Notes under the pieces: generated by a model
What the model was told of the DNA's origin: nothing
What the model saw: only the letters and a program-made list of their open reading frames with translations
The model's database searches: none
Shown here: piece by piece, positions 36,510-45,802 of the stretch
How the letters are laid out: the number at the start of each line of letters is the position of its first letter
Numbering within the stretch: the first letter of the stretch is position 1
NCBI GenBank assembly: GCA_046349155.1
Contig: JAXMCW010000005.1
Span: 55,822 to 119,821 of the forward strand
Direction: 5' to 3'
From: Alsobacter sp.
GTDB taxonomy: Bacteria; Pseudomonadota; Alphaproteobacteria; Rhizobiales; Beijerinckiaceae
Length of the DNA stretch: 64,000 nucleotides
Position numbers and translations under genes: made by a program

Positions 36510-37155
36510 GACGAGCCGCGCAAATGGGCGCAAGAGCCGCGGACCGCGCACGCCAGGCGGCAAGGCCCGGTCCGCCCGCAATGCCCTGCGCCACGGCCTC
36601 TCCCGGCCCCTCCTTGTTGCCGAGCCGGGTCTTCCCGCCGAACTCCTTGCCCAGGCCCGGACCCTGCTCGGCGAAGATGCGGCCGCCACGCTGGGCCCCG
36701 ACCGGGACCCCTGCCTGGCCCTGGGCCGCGTCCTCATCGCCTGGCGGGACCTGGCGCGTGTGCGGTCTGTCCTGCAGGGCTGCCTGTTCGACGCGCGCGT
36801 GGAGACCGACATTGCCGCGGACACCCGCGACTTGCTCCAGCCGCTGCTGCAGCCTCCCCTCGTGCATGCCATGGCGCCGGCGACGGACCGGGGGAAGCTG
36901 CGGGCTGAGGCCGTCCTGCGGGACAGTCTCGCGCGCCTGTCCCGCCTGGCGGTGGACGCCGACGGGCCCGACGGCGCGCTTGTCGCCGCCCTGCCTGACC
37001 TCCTCGCCCTGCGCCGCTACGCGGAGCGGGCCGATGCCCGCTTTCGCGCCACACTGCGGGAATACGAGGCCGCACGGCGACGCCCGCCTGGTGCGGGCGG
37101 GAAGCGGCCTCACGCTGGACGGAGTGACGCGCGGCACGGGAAGTCGGCCCCATGA
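36499..37155 (+). CDS. Hypothetical protein with N-terminal basic motif NGRKSRGPRTPGGKARSARNALRHGL
   Basis: Overlaps the previous stop by 11 nt. I recall similar N-terminal motifs in uncharacterised proteobacterial proteins, but I cannot name a family. Confidence 0.45.
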   Translation: MAGETSRANGRKSRGPRTPGGKARSARNALRHGLSRPLLVAEPGLPAELLAQARTLLGEDAAATLGPDRDPCLALGRVLIAWRDLARVRSVLQGCLFDARVETDIAADTRDLLQPLLQPPLVHAMAPATDRGKLRAEAVLRDSLARLSRLAVDADGPDGALVAALPDLLALRRYAERADARFRATLREYEAARRRPPGAGGKRPHAGRSDARHGKSAP

Positions 37156-37168
37156 CTGAAGCCGCCCC

Positions 37169-38077
37169 ATGACTGAAGCATCATCCGACACGGCGCATCA
37201 CGTCGACGTTCTCCTGCGCTTGACGCTGCGTGGGCGCGACGGCCGCGGCGAGGCTGAACGACGCCTTGCCGCACGGGTGGAGGTCGTCCGGTGCTGCCGG
37301 GCGGTATCGCTTCTCCTGATGGATCTGCCCGGCCACGTCCCGGCGGCGGATCCCCACCGCGCGCACATGGGCCTTGGCCCCCGCCGCACGTTGCGTCGCC
37401 GCCTGAGGCTCATCGCGACGATCACCCGGGCAACGCAGGCCGGCCGCCGCGCCTTTGGCATTCACGACGTGGGCGCCCTGATGCAGGCCCACGCCGCCTT
37501 GCAGTCGTCCGAGGAGAGCAGGAGGCAGTCCATCAGGGACCTCCTGGCCCAAGGTGTCCGCGCCCGGAAGGCTCCCGATGGAGCCATTGAGATCCTCCGC
37601 CCCCTCCCGCCACACGCAGATGATCCGCCTCCGTCGGCCGGCCAGGCCGATGGCGACGTTCCTGTGATCCAATCCGGTCCCCTTGCCATGTCGCGGCAGG
37701 CGCCAGTCCCCGACGACGGACCTTCCCAAACTGATGGCGCACCGAGTTCGCCAAACGAACCTGAACCCGCCGCAGGCGCACCGCCGCAGGAGGCGCCGAC
37801 GCTTTCGCCCAACGAACCTGACGACCCTGACGCCCCTGACGGCCTTGTCACGGCAGAGATCAGGCGCTGTTCGCCGGACGAACCCCGCGCCGTGGCGACG
37901 GAGCGATGGCCCAGGGTGGGCGCGGGTCGGGACGACGGACGGCTCGCGCCGTCGCCGCCCTCACGCGGCAGGGGCACCTACGACGATCCCATCATCCCGC
38001 CACCGCCGCTGCACGAGACCCGGTTCGCGCCTCTGCCGGTCTTTCGCATTCCGCGCGCAGGCGGGCGCTTCGCGTAA
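37169..38077 (+). CDS. Hypothetical Pro/Asp-rich protein (302 aa)
   Basis: ATG 37169 lies in the second copy of a 15-bp duplicated junction. Repeated SPNEP(E/D) motif. Low-complexity C-terminal half. Confidence 0.4.
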   Translation: MTEASSDTAHHVDVLLRLTLRGRDGRGEAERRLAARVEVVRCCRAVSLLLMDLPGHVPAADPHRAHMGLGPRRTLRRRLRLIATITRATQAGRRAFGIHDVGALMQAHAALQSSEESRRQSIRDLLAQGVRARKAPDGAIEILRPLPPHADDPPPSAGQADGDVPVIQSGPLAMSRQAPVPDDGPSQTDGAPSSPNEPEPAAGAPPQEAPTLSPNEPDDPDAPDGLVTAEIRRCSPDEPRAVATERWPRVGAGRDDGRLAPSPPSRGRGTYDDPIIPPPPLHETRFAPLPVFRIPRAGGRFA

Positions 38078-38204
38078 ACGCCGCCCGGAGGACCTCGCGG
38101 ACAGGGCACCACGCTGAGCGCCGGACCGCGCCCAAATTGGGCCTTGGCCCGGCAGGGAGTGACAGACGGGGCCTGCGCTCCGCCTGCCCCGCGCCGACGG
38201 CCCC

Positions 38205-39296
38205 TCAGGTCGCCCGGCTCGTCAGGGTCAGGGCCAGCGCCACCAGTTCGCCCTGGCGCGTCACGCCGGTCTTGGAGAAGCAGACCTTGAGATGGGAGCG
38301 GGCGGTCTCGCGGGTGATGCCCATGCGGTCCGCGGCCTCCTCCAGCGACAGGCCCGACGAAAGGTGGCTCGTCAGCACCCCCTCCGTGCGCGTCAGGCCG
38401 AGCGCCGCGGAGAGCACGAGGGCCGGCGTCGCGCCGGGCCGCTGGATGTCGGTGAGCGTGACCAGGGTCGAGCCGCAGGAGAACACGTCGCGAAGGGCGG
38501 CCTGCAGCTCGAAATACTCGATGACCAGCGTGCGCCCGCCCAGCGCCAGGCGCAGCGCCCGGGGGGCCCCGGGGCGTGCGGCCGCCTCCGCCACAAACCG
38601 GGTGATGACCGCCCCGATGGACGCCGGCTTGGTGACCACGCACCCGTCCTTCAGGCTCAGCGCGTGGGCGGTGAGGCGGGACGCGCTCTCGTTGAAGGCC
38701 AGCAGGCGTCCCTGCCGGTCGGCCAGCAAGGCCGCGCAGGACAGGGCGTCGAGCCCCGCCAGCGTGGTGGCATGCCGGTCGCGCTGCAGCTTGCCGCTGA
38801 GGCTGATCAGCCGGCGCAGCGCGGGGACGAGGCCCTCGAGCCTGCCCGCATCCTCCCTCGTATAGGGGCCCGCCTGCGTGTCGCGCAGCAGCGAGGCGGC
38901 CCACCATGTCCCGTTGACGTCGATGGCGAGCGCCGCCCACCAGGGAAGGTCGAAGCGCCCCAGGAGGTCGTGGTAATAGGGCAGCGTCCGGCGCTCCTCG
39001 TCCGAGGCCACGTCATGCTCCAGCACCACCTGCATGCCGGACAGGGCCAGGGGCCAGCCGCGACTGGCCCTGTGATCGCGCAGGTACCAGCCCTCCTCGA
39101 GGAAGGCGTGGGCGAAGGCCTCAAGGCTGGCCGAGGCCGGCATGGGGACGAGGTCGGGCTGGGTGGGGACCAGCAGGCATCCCGCGGCGCCCACCTCACG
39201 GGCAAAGGCGTCGAGGGCCCCAGGCCAGAGCGATGGCTCGAGAAGCGCGTCGTAGAGCCCGTCCAGGCCGTCGCTCGTCATCGCCCGTCTCCCCAT
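38205..39296 (-). CDS. LuxR/GerE-family transcriptional regulator with uncharacterised N-terminal sensor domain
   Basis: C-terminal HTH LTRTEGVLTSHLSSGLSLEEAADRMGITRETARSHLKVCFSKTGV. Paralog of 41544..42638. Confidence 0.8.
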   Translation of the reverse strand: MGRRAMTSDGLDGLYDALLEPSLWPGALDAFAREVGAAGCLLVPTQPDLVPMPASASLEAFAHAFLEEGWYLRDHRASRGWPLALSGMQVVLEHDVASDEERRTLPYYHDLLGRFDLPWWAALAIDVNGTWWAASLLRDTQAGPYTREDAGRLEGLVPALRRLISLSGKLQRDRHATTLAGLDALSCAALLADRQGRLLAFNESASRLTAHALSLKDGCVVTKPASIGAVITRFVAEAAARPGAPRALRLALGGRTLVIEYFELQAALRDVFSCGSTLVTLTDIQRPGATPALVLSAALGLTRTEGVLTSHLSSGLSLEEAADRMGITRETARSHLKVCFSKTGVTRQGELVALALTLTSRAT

Positions 39297-39604
39297 CTCC
39301 CAGCACGCGGAAACAGCTCCTCCGGGCAGGGCGGAGAGCCAGTCTGGTCAAGCGGAAGGGGCGAGCGGCTTCAAGCGCTGGCGAGGCCAGCTTATCAAGC
39401 TTGTTTCCATCAATTCGGAGGCGAGCAGGGTCCGTTTGTCAATTGAAGATTTCAGGCTACAGGAACGTCCGCGCGAGAACGCCTCATCCCTGCAGATGTC
39501 CCTCAGGAGCGCGAAGGTTTGGTCCTGCAAGGATATCCCCGCGAGGGCCCCTGCGCAGCGTGGAGATGGGCCTTGCAGCGGCGGCACGGGTCTCCCCGCC
39601 TTCG

Positions 39605-41443
39605 TCACCGATAGCCCGCGGCCTGGAGCTCAAAGAGCTCGGCGTAACGCCCGCCCTTGGCGATGAGCTCCGCGTGGGAGCCCTCCTCGGTGACGCGCCC
39701 CTCGGCCAGCACGACCACGCGGTCGGCCATCCTGACGGTCGAAAAGCGATGCGAGATGAGCAGAACGGTCCGGCCCTGGCTCAGGTCCCGGAAGCGCTGG
39801 AACACCTCGAACTCGGAGCGGGCGTCGAGCGCCGCCGTCGGCTCGTCCAGGATCAGGATGTCGGCGTCGCGCATGTAGGCCCGCGCAATCGCGATCTTCT
39901 GCCATTCGCCTCCCGAAAGATCGACGCCTCCCTCGAAGCGGCGCCCGAGCGGCTGGTCGAGCCCGAGCGGCAGCCGCGCCACGACCTGGTCGGCGAGGCC
40001 CCGTTCGGCCGCGTCGCGCACCCGCGCGCGGTCCTCCAGGCTTCCCACCCGGCCGATGCCGATATTCTCGCCGGCCGTGAAGTGAAAGCGCACGAAGTCC
40101 TGGAAGATGACCCCCACGGCGCGCCGCAATTCCTCCAGGTCGTAGTCCCGCAGGTCGCGCCCATCGAGAAGGACGCGGCCCTCCGTCGGGTCGTACAACC
40201 TCGCCAGGAGCTTGACGATCGTGGTCTTGCCGGCGCCGTTCTCGCCGACGAGGGCCAGCACTTCCCCGGCCCTGATCGCCAGGGAGAGGTGTCGGACGGC
40301 CCAGTTCTGCGAGCCGGGATAGCGAAATCCGACGTCCTCGAAGACGAAGCCGTCGCGGATGGGGGAGGGCACCGGGAGCGGACGCTTTGGCGATGCGATG
40401 GAGGGGCGGATGTCGAAGAACGAGAACAGATCCTCCAGGTAGAACGCCTGGCCCGCGATCTGCGAGAATCCCAGGAGGACAGTCTCCAGCAGGGCCCGCA
40501 GGCGCAGAAAGGAGGCGGCGAGGAAGCTGAGGTCGCCGATACTGAAGCGGCCCGTCACCGTGTTCCAGATGATCGCGGCATAGGCTCCGTAATAGGTCAG
40601 GGATGCCACGACGGACAGCAGGGCGCCCCACACCGTGCGGCGGACGGCGAGGCCCCGGTTGGCGCGGTACATGCCTTCCGCGAAGCCGCTGAAGCGCCGC
40701 ACCAGGAAGTCGTTCAGGCCGAAGAGCTTGACCTCCTTCACCGTCTCCACGCTCGAACCCAGGTAGCGCACGTAGTCGAGCTGCCGCCGCTCCGGCGTCC
40801 GGAAATAGTTCAGCCGATAGCCCTGCGCGTTGAAGTGGAGCTCGCTCACCACGGCGGGCGCGAGCGCCAGGAGCAGGAGTGGAATAAGCCACGGCGCATA
40901 GGCGACGAGCCCCACCGTCAGGGTGATCGCCGTGAGGAGGTCCTGGCCGAGGGCGAAAAGTTGCGAGAGCAGCGTCGTGCGTCCGGTCACCTGCCGGCGC
41001 GCCCGGTCCAGCCGGTCCTGCTGCTCGGTGCTCTCGAACTGCTCCAGGTCCAGCGTGGCCGCGTGGTTCATCAGCCGGATGCTGGCATGGTTGCTGTAGC
41101 GCTCGGCAAGCAGACTGTCGACGAGGCTGCCGGCCCGGGCGAAGGCGTCGCTCGCGACGGCGAGCACGAATTCCAGTCCGACCAGCATGGCGAGCCGGTC
41201 GAGCCTGCCGCTCGCCCACCACGCGGAGAAGTCGCCGGATTCGTGGCTCTGCGCCTGCAGGACAACCTCGTCCACGATCAGCTTGGCGACGAACAGCATC
41301 GCGACGGGCAGCAGGGCGCGCCCTATCCGAAGGACGAAGCTGGCGATGGTGAGGGGCGGACTGGCCTCGTAGACGAGGCGGACAAGAGCGGGGACATGCC
41401 GCAGGGCGCCAAGCCGGGTGGTGTCCGAGGGGGTCGGTGACAT
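39605..41443 (-). CDS. ABC exporter, fused permease/ATPase (MsbA-like half transporter)
   Basis: 612 aa. N-terminal 6-TM region, Walker A GENGAGKTT, signature LSGGEWQKIAIARA, Walker B ILILDEP. Confidence 0.9.
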   Translation of the reverse strand: MSPTPSDTTRLGALRHVPALVRLVYEASPPLTIASFVLRIGRALLPVAMLFVAKLIVDEVVLQAQSHESGDFSAWWASGRLDRLAMLVGLEFVLAVASDAFARAGSLVDSLLAERYSNHASIRLMNHAATLDLEQFESTEQQDRLDRARRQVTGRTTLLSQLFALGQDLLTAITLTVGLVAYAPWLIPLLLLALAPAVVSELHFNAQGYRLNYFRTPERRQLDYVRYLGSSVETVKEVKLFGLNDFLVRRFSGFAEGMYRANRGLAVRRTVWGALLSVVASLTYYGAYAAIIWNTVTGRFSIGDLSFLAASFLRLRALLETVLLGFSQIAGQAFYLEDLFSFFDIRPSIASPKRPLPVPSPIRDGFVFEDVGFRYPGSQNWAVRHLSLAIRAGEVLALVGENGAGKTTIVKLLARLYDPTEGRVLLDGRDLRDYDLEELRRAVGVIFQDFVRFHFTAGENIGIGRVGSLEDRARVRDAAERGLADQVVARLPLGLDQPLGRRFEGGVDLSGGEWQKIAIARAYMRDADILILDEPTAALDARSEFEVFQRFRDLSQGRTVLLISHRFSTVRMADRVVVLAEGRVTEEGSHAELIAKGGRYAELFELQAAGYR

Positions 41444-41543
41444 CCAGCGGAGGTAGGCTTCCTGTCACGCCTTGTCGACCCCGGCCGCGCCCGCGCGGCG
41501 GCCGCACGTCGTGCCCCGGCGGGGTCGCCGGGGGGGACGGGTC

Positions 41544-42638
41544 TTATCCGGGCTCGGTGAAGGAGGGGCCGGAGGCTGCTCGGGTCAGGAGCGCCACCAG
41601 TTCGGGACGGCCACGCACGCCCACCTTGGACAGGATGGCCTTCAGGTGGGACCGAATGGTCTCGCGCGACAGGCCCAGGTCCCCGGCAGCCTCGTCGACG
41701 CCGCGTCCGCTGGCGAGCCTCTGCGCCACGCGGGTCTCGCCGGGCGTGAGGTCGAAGAGGCCGGAGAGGATATGGGCCGGCGGGGCCCCCTCGGATGTGA
41801 CGGGCGTGAGGTAGATCAGCTTCTGGCCTCCGGCGAAGACGTCGTGGGCGGAGCGCGTGATGGGCACCTCGTGCACGACGATCGGCGGGGCGTCGGGACC
41901 GCCCGGCAACGGCACCGAACGGGGCCGCGGCTGGCCATCCGCGAGCGACGCCAGGGGATCCGCCTGGGTCCCCCGCGCCCGGGTGGATTGATAGCCCAGC
42001 CGCCCGAAGGCGCGGCTCTTGATCCCAGGCGTGTTCTCTAGGAGAGCATTCGCGGCCAGGACGTTCCCACCGGGCCCGATCACGGCGGCCGGCAGGCCCA
42101 GGGCGGCGAACAACTCCGTGGTGTTGCGCGCCTGCTCCAGCCTGAGCCTGGTCGAGATGAGCGACGCCCGCGCGATGTGGCCGCGCAGGGCGTCGAGCCG
42201 GGCCAGTTCCTCCTGCGTCATCGAGCCCTGCTCGATCAGGCGCTCCACGCTGATGACGGCGTTGTCTCCCGTCGGCATGGGAATGAACGTCCCCGATGCC
42301 CAGCCGAAGCCCCGAGGGCGGAAGAAGCCGCGCAGGCTGGGCTCGCTGTCCCACTCCTCCGGCGTGAACACGTCGAGGTCCCGGATGAAGCCGAGGTGAC
42401 CATGGGCCAGCATGCGGCCCGTCCGCTCCGTGCGGCTCTGCCAGCCTTCCCTGATCCAGGCCTCCATATGCGGACGGACGTCCCGCGAGGAGGTCCAGCG
42501 CCCCACATTGTGGAGGTCCGTCACGAAAAGCGTCGTGCCGCTGCTTCCAGAGATTCGAGAAAGAGCTTCGAGTACGTCGGGCCACTGCTCCGGGATGACG
42601 CTGGCCTCGTAAATCAGGTCGACGATGTCTTGCTTCAT
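41544..42638 (-). CDS. LuxR/GerE-family transcriptional regulator (paralog)
   Basis: Start chosen at MKQDIVDLIYEASVIPEQWPDVLEAL, parallel to the N-terminus of 38205..39296. C-terminal LTPGETRVAQRLASGRGVDEAAGDLGLSRETIRSHLKAILSKVGV. Confidence 0.8.
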   Translation of the reverse strand: MKQDIVDLIYEASVIPEQWPDVLEALSRISGSSGTTLFVTDLHNVGRWTSSRDVRPHMEAWIREGWQSRTERTGRMLAHGHLGFIRDLDVFTPEEWDSEPSLRGFFRPRGFGWASGTFIPMPTGDNAVISVERLIEQGSMTQEELARLDALRGHIARASLISTRLRLEQARNTTELFAALGLPAAVIGPGGNVLAANALLENTPGIKSRAFGRLGYQSTRARGTQADPLASLADGQPRPRSVPLPGGPDAPPIVVHEVPITRSAHDVFAGGQKLIYLTPVTSEGAPPAHILSGLFDLTPGETRVAQRLASGRGVDEAAGDLGLSRETIRSHLKAILSKVGVRGRPELVALLTRAASGPSFTEPG

Positions 42639-42885
42639 GGTGGATGTTGGGGAGACCGAACGAACAGGCCCGCAGGGCCTGCCGTTTGAGCTGCCTTTGA
42701 GTCGTTGGACGAGAATTGTCGATTTGACAGAGACGCTTGGCTGTCCGGGGGTGACAGCATCATTCCTGCTCAATTAGGTCAAATTAGTGAGACTTAAGTT
42801 AAGGTCAAGGACCTGCCAGACAGTCAGGCCCGCTGTCCAAGGTGCGTCTTTGCGCATTGACGTGCGTTAGCTCGCCCATCCTGAA

Positions 42886-44169
42886 TCACCCGAAGACCAG
42901 CCTCGGCAGCCACGTCGTGAGCGGGGGCCATAAGGTGATGGCCGCCAGCACGATCAGCAGCGGAACGAGCCACGGGAGAATGGCGCGCGACATGGTCTCG
43001 AAGGAGACATTGGCGATGCGGGTCACCACGAAGAGCACGACGCCGATGGGCGGGTGGATGGTGCCTAGGATCAGGTTCAGGATCACCATCACCCCGAACT
43101 GCGTGGGATCGATTCCGTAGCCGTGCGCGGCTGGCACGAGGATCGGGATCAGGATCAGCATCGCCGCCAACGCTTCCATGAAGCAGCCGATCACGAGCAA
43201 CAGGAGATTGCACAGGACCAGGAAGGCGAGGGGGCTCTGGATCGTCTGCACGATCAGGGGAGCAAGCGTCTGGGGCAGGCGGGAGATCGACATGCACCAT
43301 CCGAGCGCGCCCGCGGCCATGACCAGCACGGTCACGAGCCCCGTCGTCTCCACGGTTTCCACGAGGATGGGGCCGAGGTCCGCGACGGTCAGCGTGCGAT
43401 AGACGACGAAGCCGAGGAACAGCGCCCAGAGGCAGGCGGCGGCGGCCGCCTCGGTCGGGGTGAAGACTCCCGAGAACATGCCCCCCAGGATGAGGGCAGG
43501 CGTCATGAGGGCGCCCGAGCCTCGCAGGAACGTGCGCCCGATCTCGCGCCAGCCCGCGAAGGGCTTGCGGACCATGCCTTCGCGCCGCGCCACGAGGCTC
43601 ACCATCACCATCAGGGCGAGGCCCATCAGGATGCCGGGGATGAGCCCGCCCACGAAGAGCCGGCCGATCGACGCGTCCGCCGAGACGCCGTAGATCACCA
43701 TCGGCAGCGAAGGCGGGATGATGGGTCCGATGGTGGCGGCCGCGGCCGTGATGGCGGCCGCCGTCTCGGGCTTGTAGCCGGCCTTGGTCATGGCGCGGAT
43801 CTCGATGGCGCCCGAGCCCGCGGCGTCCGCCACCGCGGAGCCCACCATGCCTGCGAAGATCATGCTGGTGAGGATGCTCGCATGGGCATAGCCGCCCCTC
43901 ACCCACCCGATCACCGCGCTGGCGAAGGCGACGATGCGGTCCGTGATCTGGGCCCGCGCCAGGATATTGCCCATCAGGATGAAGAGAGGCGCCGCCACGA
44001 TGGGGAACGAGTTCATGGCCCCCGCCATCTTCTGCGGCAGAAGGGTGACCGGCACGCCCCCCAAGACGAGAAAGGCGAGGGCGGCGACGACCATCGAGGC
44101 GTAGAGCGGCATACCGGCGATGATGGCGATGAGCCACCCGCCGGAGATCTTCAACATCAGGCCGATCAT
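42886..44169 (-). CDS. dctM: TRAP transporter large permease
   Basis: Start chosen at MIGLMLKISGG.... ATGA overlap with the dctQ stop. 427 aa polytopic membrane protein. Confidence 0.9.
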   Translation of the reverse strand: MIGLMLKISGGWLIAIIAGMPLYASMVVAALAFLVLGGVPVTLLPQKMAGAMNSFPIVAAPLFILMGNILARAQITDRIVAFASAVIGWVRGGYAHASILTSMIFAGMVGSAVADAAGSGAIEIRAMTKAGYKPETAAAITAAAATIGPIIPPSLPMVIYGVSADASIGRLFVGGLIPGILMGLALMVMVSLVARREGMVRKPFAGWREIGRTFLRGSGALMTPALILGGMFSGVFTPTEAAAAACLWALFLGFVVYRTLTVADLGPILVETVETTGLVTVLVMAAGALGWCMSISRLPQTLAPLIVQTIQSPLAFLVLCNLLLLVIGCFMEALAAMLILIPILVPAAHGYGIDPTQFGVMVILNLILGTIHPPIGVVLFVVTRIANVSFETMSRAILPWLVPLLIVLAAITLWPPLTTWLPRLVFG

Positions 44170-44654
44170 GAGGCGGCGTCCGCCGCGGACGGTCGCCGAC
44201 GCCCACCGCCCACGAGGTCGGCGAGGCCCTGCGCGGCCGTGACGAAGCCAGCGGGAATGAGCGGCGCGTAGATCCAGGCCGTGGACACGGGAATGCTGAC
44301 GGCCTCGATGTCGAGGTTCCTCTCCACGAGCAGCGCGCTCTCGGCGCCCACGACGAGGCCTGCGACCACCAGCGCCAGCTGGATCGCCACCTCGGTCGCC
44401 CGCCCGCCGACCGCAGGCAGCCTGTCCTGGAAGTATCGAATCCGGATATGGGCGTGGTGCCGCGTGGCGAGGATCCAGCCGATGCACGACACCCACACCA
44501 TCAGGTAGCCGCTCATCTCGTCCGTCCAGCTGAAGGGACGCCCGATCGCGCGGGTGACGATGCCCAAAGTCACGATCCCGAGAAGGGCCACCAGCAGCGC
44601 CCCCGCCAGGATCGCGACGGCGCGGTCGAACCCGGCGAGGAGGCGGGCTGCCAC
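44166..44654 (-). CDS. dctQ: TRAP transporter small permease
   Basis: 162 aa, 4-TM pattern, positioned between dctP and dctM. Confidence 0.85.
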   Translation of the reverse strand: MAARLLAGFDRAVAILAGALLVALLGIVTLGIVTRAIGRPFSWTDEMSGYLMVWVSCIGWILATRHHAHIRIRYFQDRLPAVGGRATEVAIQLALVVAGLVVGAESALLVERNLDIEAVSIPVSTAWIYAPLIPAGFVTAAQGLADLVGGGRRRPSAADAAS

Positions 44655-44661
44655 GTACCGC

Positions 44662-45648
44662 TCAGAGGTTGGCGAGCGTATCGAAGGTGCCCTTGCCCCA
44701 GCGCTCCTCGAAGCGCTTGGGGACCAGGTCGAGCACGGGCTTGCGCCAGGCCTCGATATCGGGCTCGACCACGGTCATGCCGGCGCCCTTGAGCGTACCG
44801 ACGAGCGATGCTTCCTGGTTGAGCAACTCCTGGTTCTGCCAGGCCACGGCCGTCGCCATGGCAGCGGCGATCAGGTCGCGGTCGGCGCCAGGCAGCCCCT
44901 TCCAGAAGGCCTCGTTGACGATGGGCATGCGCGGCGTGATGACGTGCTGGGTCAGGATGAGGTTCTTCTGAACCTCATAGAACTTCCCGCTCTGGATCGT
45001 CGGCAGCGGGTTCTCCTGGCCGTCGACGGCGCCCTGGCTCAGCGCGAGATACAGTTCGGGAAAGGCGATCGGCGTCGCCTGGCCGCCCCAGGCCTCCACC
45101 ATCGCGCGAAACACGTCGACCGGCGGCACCCTGATCTTCAGCCCCGCCACGTCGGCGGGGGTCTTCACGGGCTTCGAGCCCGTGGTGAGGTGGCGCTTGC
45201 CGTAGTAGGTCGTCGCGAGCAGCCGCATGCTCCGCTTGCTGGCGAGGTCTTCGTTGAGCTTGGCGAAGAGCGGCGAGTTCTGCGCCTTGGCGAGGTGGGC
45301 TGCGTCGCGCCACAGGTACGGAGCCTCGAAGACGGACAGCGGCGGCAGGAAGACGGAGATGGCGCCCGCTCCCTCCGTCGTCATCTGGATCACTCCGGAC
45401 GAGACGCCGTCCATCATTTCCTTGCCGGAGCCGAGCTGAGCATTCGGGAACACCTGGATGTCCAGCCGTCCGCCGCTCTTCTCCCTGACGTCCTTGGCGA
45501 TACGATCGGCCATCAGGACCTGGGGATGGGTCGCCGCGAGCGATTCACCCCAGCGGATCACCTGAGCCTGTGCACGAGCCCCGATCGCGGGACAGAACAC
45601 GCCGGCGGCCAGCCCTGCCACGACGCCACGTCTCGTCAGGTTCGTCAT
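44662..45648 (-). CDS. dctP: TRAP transporter substrate-binding protein
   Basis: 328 aa with Tat/Sec-like signal (MTNLTRRGVVAGLAAGVFCPAIGARAQA) and a DctP-family pattern. Confidence 0.9.
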   Translation of the reverse strand: MTNLTRRGVVAGLAAGVFCPAIGARAQAQVIRWGESLAATHPQVLMADRIAKDVREKSGGRLDIQVFPNAQLGSGKEMMDGVSSGVIQMTTEGAGAISVFLPPLSVFEAPYLWRDAAHLAKAQNSPLFAKLNEDLASKRSMRLLATTYYGKRHLTTGSKPVKTPADVAGLKIRVPPVDVFRAMVEAWGGQATPIAFPELYLALSQGAVDGQENPLPTIQSGKFYEVQKNLILTQHVITPRMPIVNEAFWKGLPGADRDLIAAAMATAVAWQNQELLNQEASLVGTLKGAGMTVVEPDIEAWRKPVLDLVPKRFEERWGKGTFDTLANL

Positions 45649-45802
45649 GGGTCGTCCTCCCTTGCCCGCCGACCCTCTGCGGGGTCACTGTTTTGGTATA
45701 ACAGCTGGACCATGTTTCCGTTGTCAAGGGAAAGCAGTGAGTTATACGATAGCAGGGACAGACTTGCGGGTGGCGCGACCGCGTGCCCCGGGGAGGGGAG
45801 GG

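Noticed and set aside
35391-36872. A 493-aa minus-strand ORF, with other minus or alternate-frame ORFs in 35.1-38.9 kb (e.g. 36445..37191 -, 37978..38940 -, 37906..38865 +, 38292..39446 +).
   Set aside because: Plus-strand ORFs 35601-38077 show the expected third-position GC bias and ATGA or short-overlap coupling. 38205..39296 (-) carries a clear LuxR HTH. The competing ORFs are Arg/Pro/Gly-rich and overlap these genes.
39233-41507. A 735-aa plus-strand ORF and a 625-aa minus alternate-frame ORF over the ABC exporter gene.
   Set aside because: Only 39605..41443 (-) contains the Walker A, signature and Walker B motifs and TM helices. The others are wrong-frame products.
42665-42681. Hairpin CAGGCCC-GCA-GGGCCTG, considered as a terminator of the TRAP operon.
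   Set aside because: It lies about 205 bp past the dctM stop and only 27 bp upstream of the LuxR start codon. The U-tract is weak (TTCGTTCGG on the minus strand). It is too ambiguous to call.
45695-45747. GTATAAC ... GTTATAC inverted 7-mers in the dctP/gntR divergent region, considered as a GntR/FadR operator.
   Set aside because: The half-sites are 38 bp apart, not the compact palindrome typical of FadR/GntR operators. A chance occurrence is plausible.
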